NCBI GenBank assembly: GCA_963693365.1
Contig: CAVNZM010000009.1
Coordinates: forward strand, 5,090,245-5,154,244
From: Amoebidium appalachense
Taxonomy: Eukaryota; Protista; Ichthyosporea
Length of the DNA stretch: 64,000 nt
Direction: 5' to 3'
The first letter of the stretch is position 1. Each line of letters begins with the position of its first letter. The position numbers and the translations under genes are program-made. A model generated the notes under the pieces. The model worked only from the letters and a program-made list of their open reading frames with translations, was not told the origin of the DNA and did not search any database. Positions 26,511 through 52,230 of the stretch are shown here, piece after piece.

Positions 26511-27578
26511 CAAGGTAAAGCAAAGTGGCGCACAGTGACCCACCACCGTGATCATGTGCGAGTGTTCAAAGCTTCAACCATTTTTCTCATATACATACGG
26601 AGTCGACACCCAATTAGGCACACAACACGCCCAGCCCATACTTCCCCCTGGAAGCTTCCCTCCCCTCCCCAGAGCCTCCCTTAACCATGGAAAGTTCATC
26701 CCCTCCCCTTGTGAGATCATCCCCCTGTCTAGACTGAGTTCCCACATGTATGTAGCGGGGACGTATTCCACATCATTTATTTCACGACAACTGCATTCAG
26801 CTCCGAAAGCTTTCCCCTGTAGGGCATTGACCCGAGGATGAATTTAATTCCACATGCATGTGCATACACATACTCAGTGTAGCATGCTCACCACACACGC
26901 TGGAGTATTTCACCACTCCACACTCACGAGAGCGCACGCCTTTGGCTTGCCACATGCACCCAAATAAAGAAAGCATCGTAAACCGTTTGTACATTAGGAC
27001 ATGTATCCGGCGGAGAGTGCCTTACAAAAGTATATGTCTTCAAGCTTCGCAGGTTAGTGGTTCATAGAGTCTGCAAATGACTCTGAATCGAACGGTACCC
27101 ACTCTATTGTTACCACTATGATTCAACCATTGTTGTTGCAGCCCAAACTCTCATATACCCATCGGCCTGAGCACAGCTTGTTTTGCAAGGACACAACCAA
27201 GCGCACAGACGTTCACGTACGCACGTGCACACAGCACAAATTCAACGTTTCACCTGTCACCGACAATACATCCTGTACTATGCACACACCTCACATGCAC
27301 ACGTGAACTTCAGTTTGGAGGCATCGACTCACTTGAAATAAAGTCTATAATGAGCGATGTTGAAGGAATGTGGGGAGTTGAGCCCCCCTTTCCGGGGAGA
27401 GAATTGCCAAACTTTGGAAAAGTCCCCCTCCCCCCCTCCCCCCCTCCCCCCCTTCCTCCCTCCTCCCCCTCACCCCCCGGCCCTCCACCCGGCCCCTCAA
27501 AAAAGACTCTAGCATACACACACACACTGACACACACACACGCACGCACGCACGCACGCATGCACGCATGCACGCACG

Positions 27579-27669
<91 letters not shown>

Positions 27670-27744
27670 CCTACTTCTCTTCGACTACTACTGAGCCAAC
27701 TCCAACAACCTTTCAAGCAAATAAAAGCGTAAACCTTGCCTTGC

Positions 27745-27792
<48 letters not shown>

Positions 27793-28218
27793 GGGGGGGG
27801 GCTGGACTCGAATGGATTGGTATTATATCATTAGTGAGTAAGTTATTAGTAAGTAAGCTGTTCAGTGAATTTCCACAGTCACAAGATATTACAATATATT
27901 CCCGCCTATGGCCTCCATCCCTAACATGTGTAGGAATGTAAGGCTTGGCCAAAAACACGTCTGTTAACCAAACCTCTAACTAAATATGACATCCTCCTTT
28001 TCCCAACTTTCATCCTTTCCTCACCAGCCCGCCCTCTCCCTCCGTCCACCCCCGCACAAACACACACGTACGATTTACTGGCCGCCACACGCGCGTGCAC
28101 ACATACACAAACACACACACATGCACACACAAACACACACACACACTGCCACACACAGCCAAACACACACACATAAACAGACACAGACACACACACACAC
28201 GCATACATACACACACCG

Positions 28219-28270
<52 letters not shown>

Positions 28271-28288
28271 ACACACACACACACAGAT

Positions 28289-28328
<40 letters not shown>

Positions 28329-28353
28329 ACACACACACACAGATGACACACAC

Positions 28354-28392
<39 letters not shown>

Positions 28393-28678
28393 CACACATG
28401 CACACACATGCACACACACACACACACACACCCCTTGCCCCTGCTCTCGCTGCCCAATTGCAACTCCACCCCCATCCCCCACCCACCCAACACATATGAC
28501 CCAAACCCCTCCCCCCGTCTCCCCCCGCGCACTCTTCCCCCCACCATTTCTACTCGGGGCAGGCAGATGGATTAAATGCACTAAGGGTTTTTAAATTTTG
28601 AAACGGGGAGGCCCTGGGGTGGTAATAAGTTGTGGTGGGGGGAGGGGGGAGGGGGGGGGGGGGGGGGGGGGAGGGGCC

Positions 28679-28829
28679 GGGGGAAGGGGTACCGGGGGTG
28701 GGGGTAGGGGGGGGGGAGAGGGGGGACCCACCACCCGGCCGAGCGGGCGGGTCACCCCCCTCCCCCCCCCCCCCTGGTGAATCCCTCACCCCCCCCCCCC
28801 CTACCCCCACCCCCGGTACCCCTTCCCCC
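28679..28829. repeat. 38-bp perfect inverted repeat (GC-rich foldback)
   Basis: 28679-28716 is the exact reverse complement of 28792-28829; loop motifs recur at 30480-30600. Confidence 0.85.
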
Positions 28830-29465
28830 CCCCCTCCCCCTCCCCCCCCTCCCCCCCTCAACCCCTCCATACTAACATATCTGATTGTATATTGGTATGA
28901 ACTCGGAAACATGATGGCATCGACACCTTCTCTACATCCTTTACTATGAATTGGTATCAATAATCAGGCCCTGGGTCAATGGTACTTAATAAAATGCGAG
29001 GCATTCTCTCCCCCCCTCCCCCCTCCCCTCCCCTCCCAACCAGGCCCGTGGGGACGTCCTCCCCTCTCTACGCCCCTAAGGATCTCAAGCTCATAAGGAG
29101 ACCACAATTGCTCGTTGCTCATGACCACTGACTTACCCGACCATGATGTACAGTAAAGTATACATGCACACGCAGACACACACGCGCGTGCCCGCGGAGT
29201 CCTGCATGCTCACAGACTGCCGCGCGGCAGTAATGCATGCTAGTCTCTGTGGTGGCACATAATTGTCAATAATGATGCGTGCGCACACACGTATGCGTGG
29301 CACACATTCTGGATCCCTTTTCTCTCTCTTACTGATTGAGTTTCCCCTTACTCTCTCTCCCTCCCTCCCTCCCCCCCCCCCCCCCCCCCCCCCCCCCCAC
29401 CCACCCACACACACCCCACCCGCCACCACCCGGGCCACCACCACCGTCCTCTCTTTCGCTCTTTA

Positions 29466-29500
<35 letters not shown>

Positions 29501-30174
29501 ACCCCCCCCCTAATTAATTGTCTAGCGCAACTTCACCCATGCATCATGCATCACCCATGCATCATGCACCATCATGATACACCATCACCAACAACAGAAA
29601 CACACACACACACATACTGTGGCAATGCAACACACATGCAACGGAAGGCACATGCGTATGCAAATTTGTGCCAGAGAATTTTAAAAGACTCTCGCTGACA
29701 TCACACATACAGCAAACACACACACGCACACACACAAACACACACAGACAAACACGCACTGAGGCACAGACGTGCGCCGTGACACACACACACACACGTG
29801 AGATGCCATGTATTTTCACACATGCTAAGCCCAATGCGTCCACACAGCTTGCACATGTTGCACCGGACGTTTGCTGACACAATGTCAGGCCACTATGGTG
29901 ATATTGGCAATGCCGAAAGCCCACCTTCCTTACGGCCCCATACACACACGGTCCCACGTCTATGTACATGGCACAAAAGTCGCAGAAGGGGGGCTCCCAG
30001 TGACATGTTGTGCATGATGGCTCTGCCCCACACATACAAGCTACTTCCCCACTTGCCCACATATTCCACCTTCCAAAGTATTACTCCTTTGATCCACCTA
30101 CCCCACGCTCATAACCACCAAGCGATTCCCACACCCTCCCACCCATTTCACCACCAATATTCAACTCCCCCCTC

Positions 30175-30230
<56 letters not shown>

Positions 30231-30973
30231 CCCGCCCGCCCCTGGCCATCTACCCACGAAAGAAAGAACTTCTGAGCTCGAGTACAAACTTAAACTATTG
30301 AATGTTCCGTGTTGGTGATGGTGGTTGATGAGAGGGGGGACTTGGGGGGGGGGGGGGGGGGAGGCGAGCCTCCCAGAAACATTGAGAGGCCCTGGCCGGG
30401 GGGTGCGCAGCCGCGGCCGGCAGGGAGGCTCCCGTCGGACTCCCCGCACGGGGGGGGGGGGGGGGGGGGGGGGCGGGGGCCGGGGGGTGGGGGGTGGGGG
30501 GTGGGGGGTGGGGGGGGTGAGGGATTCACCACCCCACCACAGAGGTGGAGGGGAGGGGGGGGGAGGGGGGAGGGGACCCACCACCCCGGCATTCATGACT
30601 TGGGGAAAGGGGAGAGGGGGGGGGAGGACCCCACCACCAGGGGGGACCTCATTACTTACTACTGCCCACCCCCCTTTCCCGTGCCCTGAACACCACCACA
30701 CACAAACACACATGATGATGCCACCACCACGGGTACCATACACACAGTCACACACCGTGCCCGTGACACGGAAACGTTAACAGGCACACACACGTGACCC
30801 CACACATGTACACGCACACACGCCCTGCGGCTGACACACACACCCGCGCACACATGTCGACGTAAAAACAGTCTCACACACACACGTACACACAAACAAA
30901 TTTTCAGACAAACACACAACACACATATCTACACGTTCCACCCACCCACCCACACTCACCTATCCACGTGCAC

Positions 30974-31053
30974 CCACTCACACCCACCGCCTAGCCACTC
31001 ACACCCACCCGCCTAGCCACTCACACTCCACCCGCCTAGCCACTCACACCCAC
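30974..31053. repeat. ~21-bp tandem repeat, 3-4 copies
   Basis: Unit CACTCACACCCACCGCCTAGC. Confidence 0.8.
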
Positions 31054-31162
31054 CCGGCGGCCACCCACACACCCACACACACATGCTCCACTACATGTAT
31101 GCCTCCGGCCCAACACCACATGTAAAGCCACGTCATGACATGCCTGCGTGCGACATGCAGAG

Positions 31163-31222
<60 letters not shown>

Positions 31223-31499
31223 GCACGGCATTTGATAAAAAACACACCCATGGATACGTCTGCACACATATAAACGGTGCACTGGCATAGAAAGCACCCA
31301 TGCCACAGACAGGGGACATCTTTATTAAGAGGGTACGTTCTGACAATGTTTCGATTGGTGAAACAGCCAGAATAAAATATTTCATTCACTTCTTACTACA
31401 CCTTAGCCACTAATTCATTGGCGTATACTCGAACACACACACACAAGCATGTGCGCACATGCACGAGCACATGTGCGCGTGCTACTTGCTCACTCGTAT

Positions 31500-31546
<47 letters not shown>

Positions 31547-31923
31547 CGCTCGCCCCTCCCCCCCTTCCCCCCCCCAAACACACACACACGCAACCACAAT
31601 CGCCCCCCCGGCCTCTGTAGCAAGCACACACCAAAAGACACCACGTGTACCTATGCTTACATCCTTTCCTCCACGCGCCTTGAAAAAGAGGAGGCGAAAA
31701 ACCACGGAGACTGAAGAGATTACAGGAGAGTAAGAGAAAGGGGCTGATATCTACACGGATGTATTTGCTACATTTCATACATGACTCATGATCACGTTAA
31801 AGTTTCGTGCGAGATCAATATCAATTGATTCCCGTGAGATCCTACAAGCCCCGTGGTGTTAAAGCTCAATGTGGCTCCTGCCCCTCAGTCTTGACGTGAC
31901 TTTGACCCAATTGGCATACGGCA

Positions 31924-37700
<5,777 letters not shown>

Positions 37701-38218
37701 GTTGGCTTTAATCTCTCTCAAAGAATGAAGCTTGCTTATCGAGTTCTTTCTTTACACTATGTATACAATAGATGAGCCACTGTTGTCAAATTTAACGTGT
37801 AACAGTCCACTTCTAGTGACAGAGCTAGGACCAGTCACACAGCGTGCCGTGTAGATTGTTTGTATCAGGATAACTTGTGTTCTGCAAGGCTCTACCGTGT
37901 GATGTTGTGTAGGTAGTAGGACTCAAAGAACTAAAAATCATACTACTATTATAGTACTAGGACCGGCGACGTCTACAACCCTAAAACAAAAGGAAAAATA
38001 CACGAGTACTTATCTTTTTTTTCTTTTTGGCCGTTTGATCAAAGCTTTCAAAGTGAAGTCGCGAAGTGAGTGGCTTTATTTACGTCATACTGACGTCTTG
38101 TCGGCACTGCCCACAAACCCTTTTGAAAATTGCGTGATTACCATATATGTAAATATGTATGGTGAGCCGCGATACCGTGTTGCAACGAAAATGGCTCAAG
38201 TACATATAGGCAAATCTT

Positions 38219-40882
38219 GAGAGCCCTGTAAATCGTGAGAAACTTACGATCCCATACTTGGTTATTTTCTTTTTTTGTGCGTTTTTTCTCATTGGTTTTG
38301 TTTGAATATGGGCGGGGAAATGGGTGGGGCGGTTACTGGCACTCAGGCCTGCAATGGCAAAAAAAAACGGCGCTTCTCCGATACCCAGAACGTGAAATGT
38401 GAGCTCTCATGAGCTGCTGGCCAAAACCCTTCGGACATGTTTTCTACATAATAAACGGGCACAAACCACTTTCTTTTCAACTAAATAAGTGTTTCTAAGT
38501 AGTTTTTGCCTTTGTTTGGGTGTAATTGTGTAGGGGTAGGTAGCTGGTGTGAGCACGTGATGCTCGGGGTAGCATTGGCCTTCATTACTGACCACAACAC
38601 TAGCATAGTACAGCACTGTTGTAACTGCGTGTCAGAAAATGGCAAAGGCTCCCAAAAAAAACAAGCATATGCCTAAGCTTCGCAAAAAAGGGCCCACTTG
38701 CAGTGCACCTAGTGTAATAAAGCAGGGTTACAAGTACGGGCCCAAGTATAATCCCATGTTCATGGAACAGGCAACCAGACAGCTAAAGAAGAGAAGCCCA
38801 GTCAAGCAACGGGTTGCCGAAGTAGCTGCAACCACTGGCATTTCCGTTGCAACCCTATACAGACACAAAAAAGACCCTGAGTATGGAAACAAGAAACCGG
38901 GCCCTAAGCCCATTCTAACACTGAGATGAGGAGATTGGCCTTGCTAGTGGGCTGGTGTTCCTGGCTGGGAGGGGGTTGGGGGTTTCTCGTGCTGAAGTTC
39001 TGCACGGGACATTGCTGAGCGTAACGGCAAAAAATTCAATACAGCAGACGGGCTTCCGGGTGAGGGGTGGTTCAATTTGTTCGAACGCCGTGCCAAACAG
39101 CACGGTTATAATTACAACCTCAATTTCCGCAAACCAAACGAACTTTCGAAAGCGCGCGTTTCCGCTCTCACGGAGGAGATGAATTCGTGGTTTGATATGG
39201 TGGAGGAACTGGTGGAAGAAAAGCAGATAAACGTGGAGAAGAATCTGTTCAATGACGACGAGAAACAACTGCGCATAACCAACGTGCGTGCGGGTCAGAA
39301 ACTTCTCACGGTCACAGACATGAAAAACATACAAAGTCGGCTATGGGTTTGCGGAGCAAGACTGGCACCTATCCATCATTCCTACTATTGTTGCGTCCGG
39401 TGACGCCCTCCCACCCACCATTGTAGTGCCCTCGGGTCTCATGTCAGAGGAAATGGAAACGGCCGTTAAGTATATCCACCCAGACGCGTTGCTAGCCTAC
39501 TCTGCTGACGGTTGGAGCACCAGCACAATATACCTCGAGCACACCCGGCGACACCCGAATTGGAGGTAGAAGTCTTTGCCCTCAAAACAGCAAGACAGCG
39601 GTTCGGTACAGTGCACAACATTCGTCCCGAGCAGGCAGGCCCCCTCCCCACCCAACCCCCCGCGCAAACAGCCGACCCCACCAGCACGCCCCAGCAAACA
39701 CCACCACACGGTCGAGCACCACTCGCAGAACGCAACCCAAACAGCAACGCCACGATAGTGCGAAAACGGAAAAAGCAACAGGGGTGCATGATCGGAACAA
39801 GCGAGCAGCACTTGGACGGCAGAAGGGAGAAGGAACGTGTTGTGGCGGAAGAGAAGCAGAAGAAGGAGGAACGGGCAAAGGCAGCGGAGGGAAGAAAGAA
39901 GCAAAAGGCCTTAGTGGCACTGGTTATCGGTCCCTGCCAAGCAAATAAGCAGTCGGGGGAACTTTGTGGCCTCAAAGCCATGCCAAGCCACGAACACGGA
40001 GGGGTGCGACTGTGCAAGCGGCACCTAAAGACACGGAACAAGGGGTTGGAGAACACAAGCGCCGCAGCGAAACCGAACAACACCACCAATGATGCGGAGC
40101 AGGATGTTAGCGAAAGCGAGTACGCACAGGAGGGCGAGGGGAACAGAGCGCAAAGGAGGAGTGGGAGGAGAGATACAGGGGGACTCCGAGGAGCATGTGG
40201 GAAGATGTAGGGGAAGAAGGTGAAGGAAGTGGGAGTGACACGGAGGATGATGTGATGCCCACGAGTGACTATGGGGCTGCCGTCTGATTGTTTAAAAATA
40301 AAGAGTTCCTTTTGACGCAGAACAGCTTCATATTCCGCAGTTGTGACGTTTGCGTAGTATATGTGTGCTGTATCCTCCCAGATGGTAAGCAGGACTTCCA
40401 AGTGAGGATAGTGCTTGATTTTCAGTAACTGCGCATCATCCTTGTACTCTATGTCAACCATGTCGCTTGTGTCAAGCCGGGGCACAAGAATAATGTCGGC
40501 AAATGCCATTTTACTTGTCCTTGTGTATGTTTGGCCTCGAAGCCTCGGAGTTTTAGTGACCGTAAAAAGAGCTAGGAGAAAGTGGGAGAATAGATAGTGT
40601 GGGCACTCGACGGGACCCCTTGTTTTGTTTTGCGGCGACATGTGATAGATCGATCATCCGACAGTCAAGAGCCTGTCATGATCTACAGGGTTCTCTAATT
40701 GATTTGAAGGTATGGTCGACAAATCAACTGCCTGAACTAAACTGCTGTCGCTTTGTTGTTTTAAGTACCAGTTCCTAGTAGAGGACTTAAAATTGTATTA
40801 TAAAGGTTTTTTCCGCTTTTAAAAATAATCATCCCTTCACAAGATATACGAGTTTCTGGGAAAAGTTCTCACGATTTGCAGG
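38219..40882 (+). mobile_element. Decayed pogo/Tigger-like (Tc1-mariner superfamily) DNA transposon
   Basis: Transposase remnants inside; left repeat 38219-38241 matches the reverse complements of 40866-40882 (16/17) and 40674-40696 (18/23); true ends and target-site duplication not resolved. Confidence 0.75.
38639..40286 (+). pseudogene. pogo-like transposase, frameshifted and internally deleted
   Basis: HTH VAEVAATTGISVATLYRH followed by GPKPILT; CENP-B-type PGEGWFNLFERR; first catalytic motif NLFNDDEK; ASGDALPP...SADGWS; rest of the DDE core absent; K/E-rich tail with C..C..CKRH and an acidic end. Confidence 0.8.
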
Positions 40883-40964
40883 TTTACCCCTACGACTATC
40901 TGATGTAAGACGCACACACACAGTCCCCCAACGTGCACCCCAACCCTTGAAATATTTATCCCCT

Positions 40965-41003
<39 letters not shown>

Positions 41004-41526
41004 ACCCCCGAACAAACCCCCCAATCAAAAAAAAGGAAAAAAAACTTGAGTAGTGTGTAATGTAATAAAAAAAAAAATGAATGCCAAACCGATCATGGTT
41101 CCCCTAGGCTAAACATGTACGACGTCCCCTCTCTCCCTGGCTCTCTCTCACCCCTCCCTTCCCTTGCCCTGCGGGAAGCAAGAAAAAAAACCCGCTTAGA
41201 AAACACCGCTGCCGCGGCCACCAATGTTTTAAACCAGTTAAATGATAACTATACTTCTGAGCTTTGTCATGTCAATCGTATGAATATATGTACTTCAATA
41301 TCCGAGACAGCAAATCCTACATGCATATATCATGATCCAATCAAGAACCACCAATAAATCTGTACGGTGCACCTGTTTCGATCATCATCTCTCAATGAGT
41401 AATCATACAAATACACCTGTACGTGTTTAAATTTGCAGCCGACCAATCACATCTTTAACAGCAATACATGTACAATTTGAAGCCAAAAAACCAATCAAAC
41501 AACACCGTCAAAGTTTAAATTTCTTT

Positions 41527-47539
<6,013 letters not shown>

Positions 47540-47752
47540 GTTGAAGGATTGAAACTTCCAGTGTCTGACCAGGAAAGCGGGCCGTTGTGTGCACTTGCCA
47601 GCGGGCCAGCGCGAAAATTTATAAAGCTTTCGTGTGCTTGTTCGTATGCTTGTACATGTGAACAGTACCGTACGTGTGTGTGCCTGTATGCAAGCACCTA
47701 CGTACATACGATTACGTAACCAGTTTGAAAGCAAGTGCACGGTATGCATATG

Positions 47753-47793
47753 TATCAAGGCCTCCTAAATGTGCTATTTAGGAGGCCTTGATA
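47753..47793. repeat. Perfect 18-bp hairpin with 5-nt loop upstream of TDP1
   Basis: TATCAAGGCCTCCTAAAT-GTGCT-ATTTAGGAGGCCTTGATA. Confidence 0.9.
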
Positions 47794-48899
47794 TGTATGT
47801 ACAGTAGTGAGCAGTGAGCAGCCTCCCCTCCCCTAGCCATGTTCTCTGCTTCATCACTTTTCCAACCATCTAGATCTGTGAGCGAACACGTACTATCCTG
47901 GTCAATAAACCCGAGTTAGACCCTTTCCGTTCTGCTTCATGGCATTAAGCGGGGCTCTTGAACGCAGTTGGCATGCAGCCATGGTTCTGGCCTTCAAACC
48001 TTGAAACCCAACCAATTTATGCACACAGATCTTAAGGCGAGTCACCTCACGAACCAGGTTGATGAATTCACAACTGTTTTCGTTGTGCCAAACTTTCCGT
48101 GTATATGTTGCATGCAAAGCATCGATTTGTAATGCTGTACCGAATTGTTGTGGGTAGAAAAGATAGCACTACATAGTTCCTTCCCACCATTACCGTTTTG
48201 GAGAAGACACAATCTTCGAGTTCAAATGTGTTCGATGACATGAAAAAAAGGGCCAAAAACCAGTCCTGGCCAAAGTTTTACTTGTATACTGCCCAGCAGG
48301 CATACAGCTCGTTCTTACTTTTAAGTTACATATAAATACAAGAAAGCGACTCAATAAGCATCCAATGTTCCTTGGGGCCCCTCATGATTCGAGTCCCAAT
48401 GCTCGCCTTGTTTACATGCACACATATACAGGACGATTATCATGCACACCAACATGATGATGCATTTGCCCATACCAAACCGCCTAGTTACAACGGCCAC
48501 GGGCCTGTCTAAACACAGCTGCTCTACATACAAGTACATAGGGTGGGGACTGTACAACATGTCTTGACAAATCCAAATGCCAGTTGAGATGCTGAAATGC
48601 AGAGAAATGATAACACAAAAAGATCAGAGAATAAGGATAGTATAGCTATGGGAACATGATACGAAAATGCCAGTGTGTGAGCTAAAAACACCTCTTCGAA
48701 ACTTAGAGTAGGGGGAGCAGCCCAAAGAAAAAACCAGATGGGAGGTGCAGTTCTCTCTGCCTCCTCCCCCACCCCCCCCTCTCTTCTCTCTCTCGCTCCC
48801 CCACCACCCTTCCACTTCCCCCACCCCTCCATTTGCCCTCCTACACTGCGCTTCCCCCCATCCTCCTTCCATCCCCTCACCAAAACTCCCTTAGTCACC

Positions 48900-49815
48900 G
48901 TTCCCTTTTGCGGCTGTGTCAGCCACATGCAGGTCCTTATAGTGGTGGTGGAGCCATCTCGGGTCAATGGCACTAAAACTCCGGCAGTCGGTGCGTTTAC
49001 CCAGCCAGTTGCGAATCATTCCTGAGAAAGGTCGCCAAAAAAGTTAGAAACCACCCAAATGTTACCTAGCAAAAATTGAGTACTAGGATGGTGGAGTTGT
49101 CTGTGCTAAACATTAACACATCGTGCAAGAGAGAATAAAAAACACCCAAAAGAAAAGAGCCATGGAGAGCGTAATTGCAAACCAACAAGGAGGCATCCTT
49201 TGTTACGTAACCTGGCGAGAAAGAGACAACTAAGAAGCAGAAAACATCAAAGTGTTTAAGCGTAATCATGTCGTGTGACAAACTGTGGGCAAACTGTGGG
49301 CACGCACATACAGCATCCGAACATAACGTGTTTCCAACACCAAAAACCAGCTCTGTGCGCATTTCCTGATGGGAAAAACGCTGGTTGAACACTCTAGAAG
49401 TGAATTATAGAACGAGTCTCAGAGCCTCTGGTGTGTTTATATAACCAGCAAACCAGACGCAAGTAACGGGCATGCAGAAACACAAGTCCCGCGCTCGGGA
49501 GGGAACGGCCAAAACCTTACCTTGGAAAATTATTCTTGAGATCACCTTGTGGTTCTCAACGGTAAACAAGTAGACGCAAGACAATGCTGCCCGCACGATT
49601 GGGCTAAAAATTAGGTAGAGCACTAAGAGGATAAGTAGTGCCGCCGTGAGCAGGGCCAGAAGGATGAGACCGTAGATGAACGTGAAGTACACGACCTCAC
49701 ACGTGCTCAGGTGTGCAACAGACCACCCCATGTTTAGTGCATGCTTAGAGAGCAATACCAAGGAAATTGACTCGAAGATGTGATAAGAAACGGTTGTTCG
49801 GAGAGGCTTCTCTGG
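48900..49815 (-). CDS. Possible multi-exon gene for an unknown membrane protein
   Basis: Open frame with the hydrophobic stretch FTFIYGLILLALLTAALLILLVLYLIF ending at CAAG|GTAAGG (~49520), plus other splice-flanked open segments; no family recognised. Confidence 0.3.
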
Positions 49816-50449
49816 AGAAAAGTCAAAGAAACCAAAAAACTGGGTGGAGAGGCACTCTGTTGAATCAGATGTGATGGTGTTTCTACAGGTGGGTCAAGTG
49901 CTAACGCGTGCCAAGGTGAAAGGCATCACTGGCGAGACAGGAAAATAGAAGAACAAGTATATGGGTTCCGGAAACCGAAAATGTAGGAGTTTCGTTGTTC
50001 CTACTGCTCCTTTGGCGAGTAGTGAACGTGGATGGAAGCAGTGATCTCGAGAAAAATTGTAGCTAGTGCACGTGGTGAGAAAAGAGTTATCATCAAATTT
50101 ATGATTAGAGTGACAACCTATTTAAGCTAGCCCAACAGCCATAGGCATGATAAACAGTGTCCTGAGGGCCCACAAACCAACAAAACGTGCACGTAAACGT
50201 TCTCGAACATCAACAAAAAGCAAGCACACATAGTGCACCCACAATGCACATGCATGATTTATGCAGCAAGAGACGTCTACGTTTTAGGTCTACAATGCGT
50301 TCACCTCACTGTGTCCTTAGTAGTGGCTCACAGGCTGGCTTCTATGAAAAAATGACGTCAGCAAAAAGACTCCACATCCCGGTGAAGTGCTCAGGGTCGC
50401 TTGTTTCACAACGGGAAAAAACAAAAATTGCAAGCATGCTGGTGCTATG

Positions 50450-51442
50450 ATATCGTTATACACTGTTATGATTACCCTCCATTCTTATATTAGACTTACA
50501 TTTATTCGCACTTTTGTCTTCCCGGCATGTGAATATGGTTTACCCCTTCTCGCCGCTTGGATCAAGAAAGAGAGAACTAGAGCGCTTAAACCCTTGGCAA
50601 ATTTCCTTGAAGCAGAAGTTGCCTCCTTTCTATCTAACAACTGTTGTAAACCTGGGTCTGTAACGCTCTCGATATATGGTCTGGTCCCAATAGCTGCTAG
50701 AGTATCCTATCTCGCGCTGAAATTCAATAAGCACATAAGCCGCTTAAAGAAGTATTTGCCCTCCCACCCTCTCTTCTCTATCCGACCTGTCCCCTCCTCA
50801 CCTCTCCTTTCTTTCCTTCCCTCTCTCTCCCCTTCTCCCCTGGGCACAAATACAAATAAACCCCGCAAAAGTGTGTGTGTGACTTTGGACTGCCACTTAC
50901 TTATTAAACATGTACACAATCACAAGATAATCACGCAATATAACAAATGGAAAAAGATACCACACGACACTAGACCCGATGAAAGCATACACCTTGAAAA
51001 ACTAAGCCTGATGTCTCGTTTTATATATACTGACCGCCTCAACCATATTGCCAAATATGGCACTCGCAAATGTATAACACCTAAATACATATTACCTTCC
51101 TGTAGAACTGGTCTTTCTCTAGCTGATGGTATTAATGATCAATTACCACGCTTTTACTGTACACGTGCTATACAGTGGAGATCTAATAAGTATAAGGTGG
51201 CATCATGTGCATGCCCAAACAACACACACACACACCAGTTTAACCGGTCATGTATCGCCAAATGTAGTTTGATAGACCACATAATACCGCAACACACACA
51301 CGTCACATTCACAACAGACACCCAGAAGGATAGCCTACCTGTAAATTACAACATCCTTGATTTTATACTAAACACGCGTAACTACGACCTGTTTATTAGA
51401 TGTATTGATTGGCTTGAGAAACACATCACTACAAAATTCTAG
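50450..51442 (+). mobile_element. 5'-truncated non-LTR retrotransposon ORF (post-RT thumb region and C-terminal Cys/His motif)
   Basis: Intronless ~330-codon frame starting IRTFVFPACEYG (resembles the LINE thumb ..F..P.LEY motif), later QWR...CACP...FNRSC..KC and ILDFILN; followed by a short UTR and an A-rich tract at 51528-51562. Confidence 0.65.
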
Positions 51443-51454
51443 CGCACGCGCGCG

Positions 51455-51493
<39 letters not shown>

Positions 51494-52199
51494 CCAGCTG
51501 ATACCGAGTGTCCCAGGGGAGCCCCTTTAAAAAAAAAAACAAAAAAAAAAAACAAAAAAAAACGGGGAACCCCAACTAATTGATTTCTCTGTAGTCTTTA
51601 CGGTGTCTCGTAGAGAAAGTAAACCCTGATATATAGTCATCACCCGACATCTATGTACGTGATCATGATATACCGCTGAGGGGATATTCCGAGCAAATCC
51701 CCCCCCCATACCTGAGACTGGTTTCGCTTTGCCTCGAGTAAACAGCGTAAACCCCTAATGTTAATATGCAAATATATGTACATCCCCCCCCCCCCCCCCC
51801 CCTCCCGCTCCCTCCCTCCCCCCTCTAATCAGGCCTTCCTCCCCCCCCCCCCCCCCCCCCCCCCCCCAGAGGGGGGCCCAAAAACATATCCCATTATCAA
51901 GTGGAAGGTGCACGTGTTTATAGCATGCACCAATATATATATGGGGGCATGTGGGCCTGGGCAAAGCACAAGTTTTGCATATGCTGGTCGTGTGGGCTGT
52001 ACCTGGCTAGACGGAGTTCAACCGGGAATTTTAATATCCAACGACCCTTGAGAGTGCACTTTGGAAAAAAAAAACAAAAAAAAAAAAAAAACTAAGGGTT
52101 TTAACATGGCTCCCCCCCCCTCCCCCCCCCCCCCCCCCCCCTCTATGCATAATCCCCCCATATACCCTGGGAAGGGTGGTGGTACTGGTGGTGGTGGTG

Positions 52200-52230
<31 letters not shown>

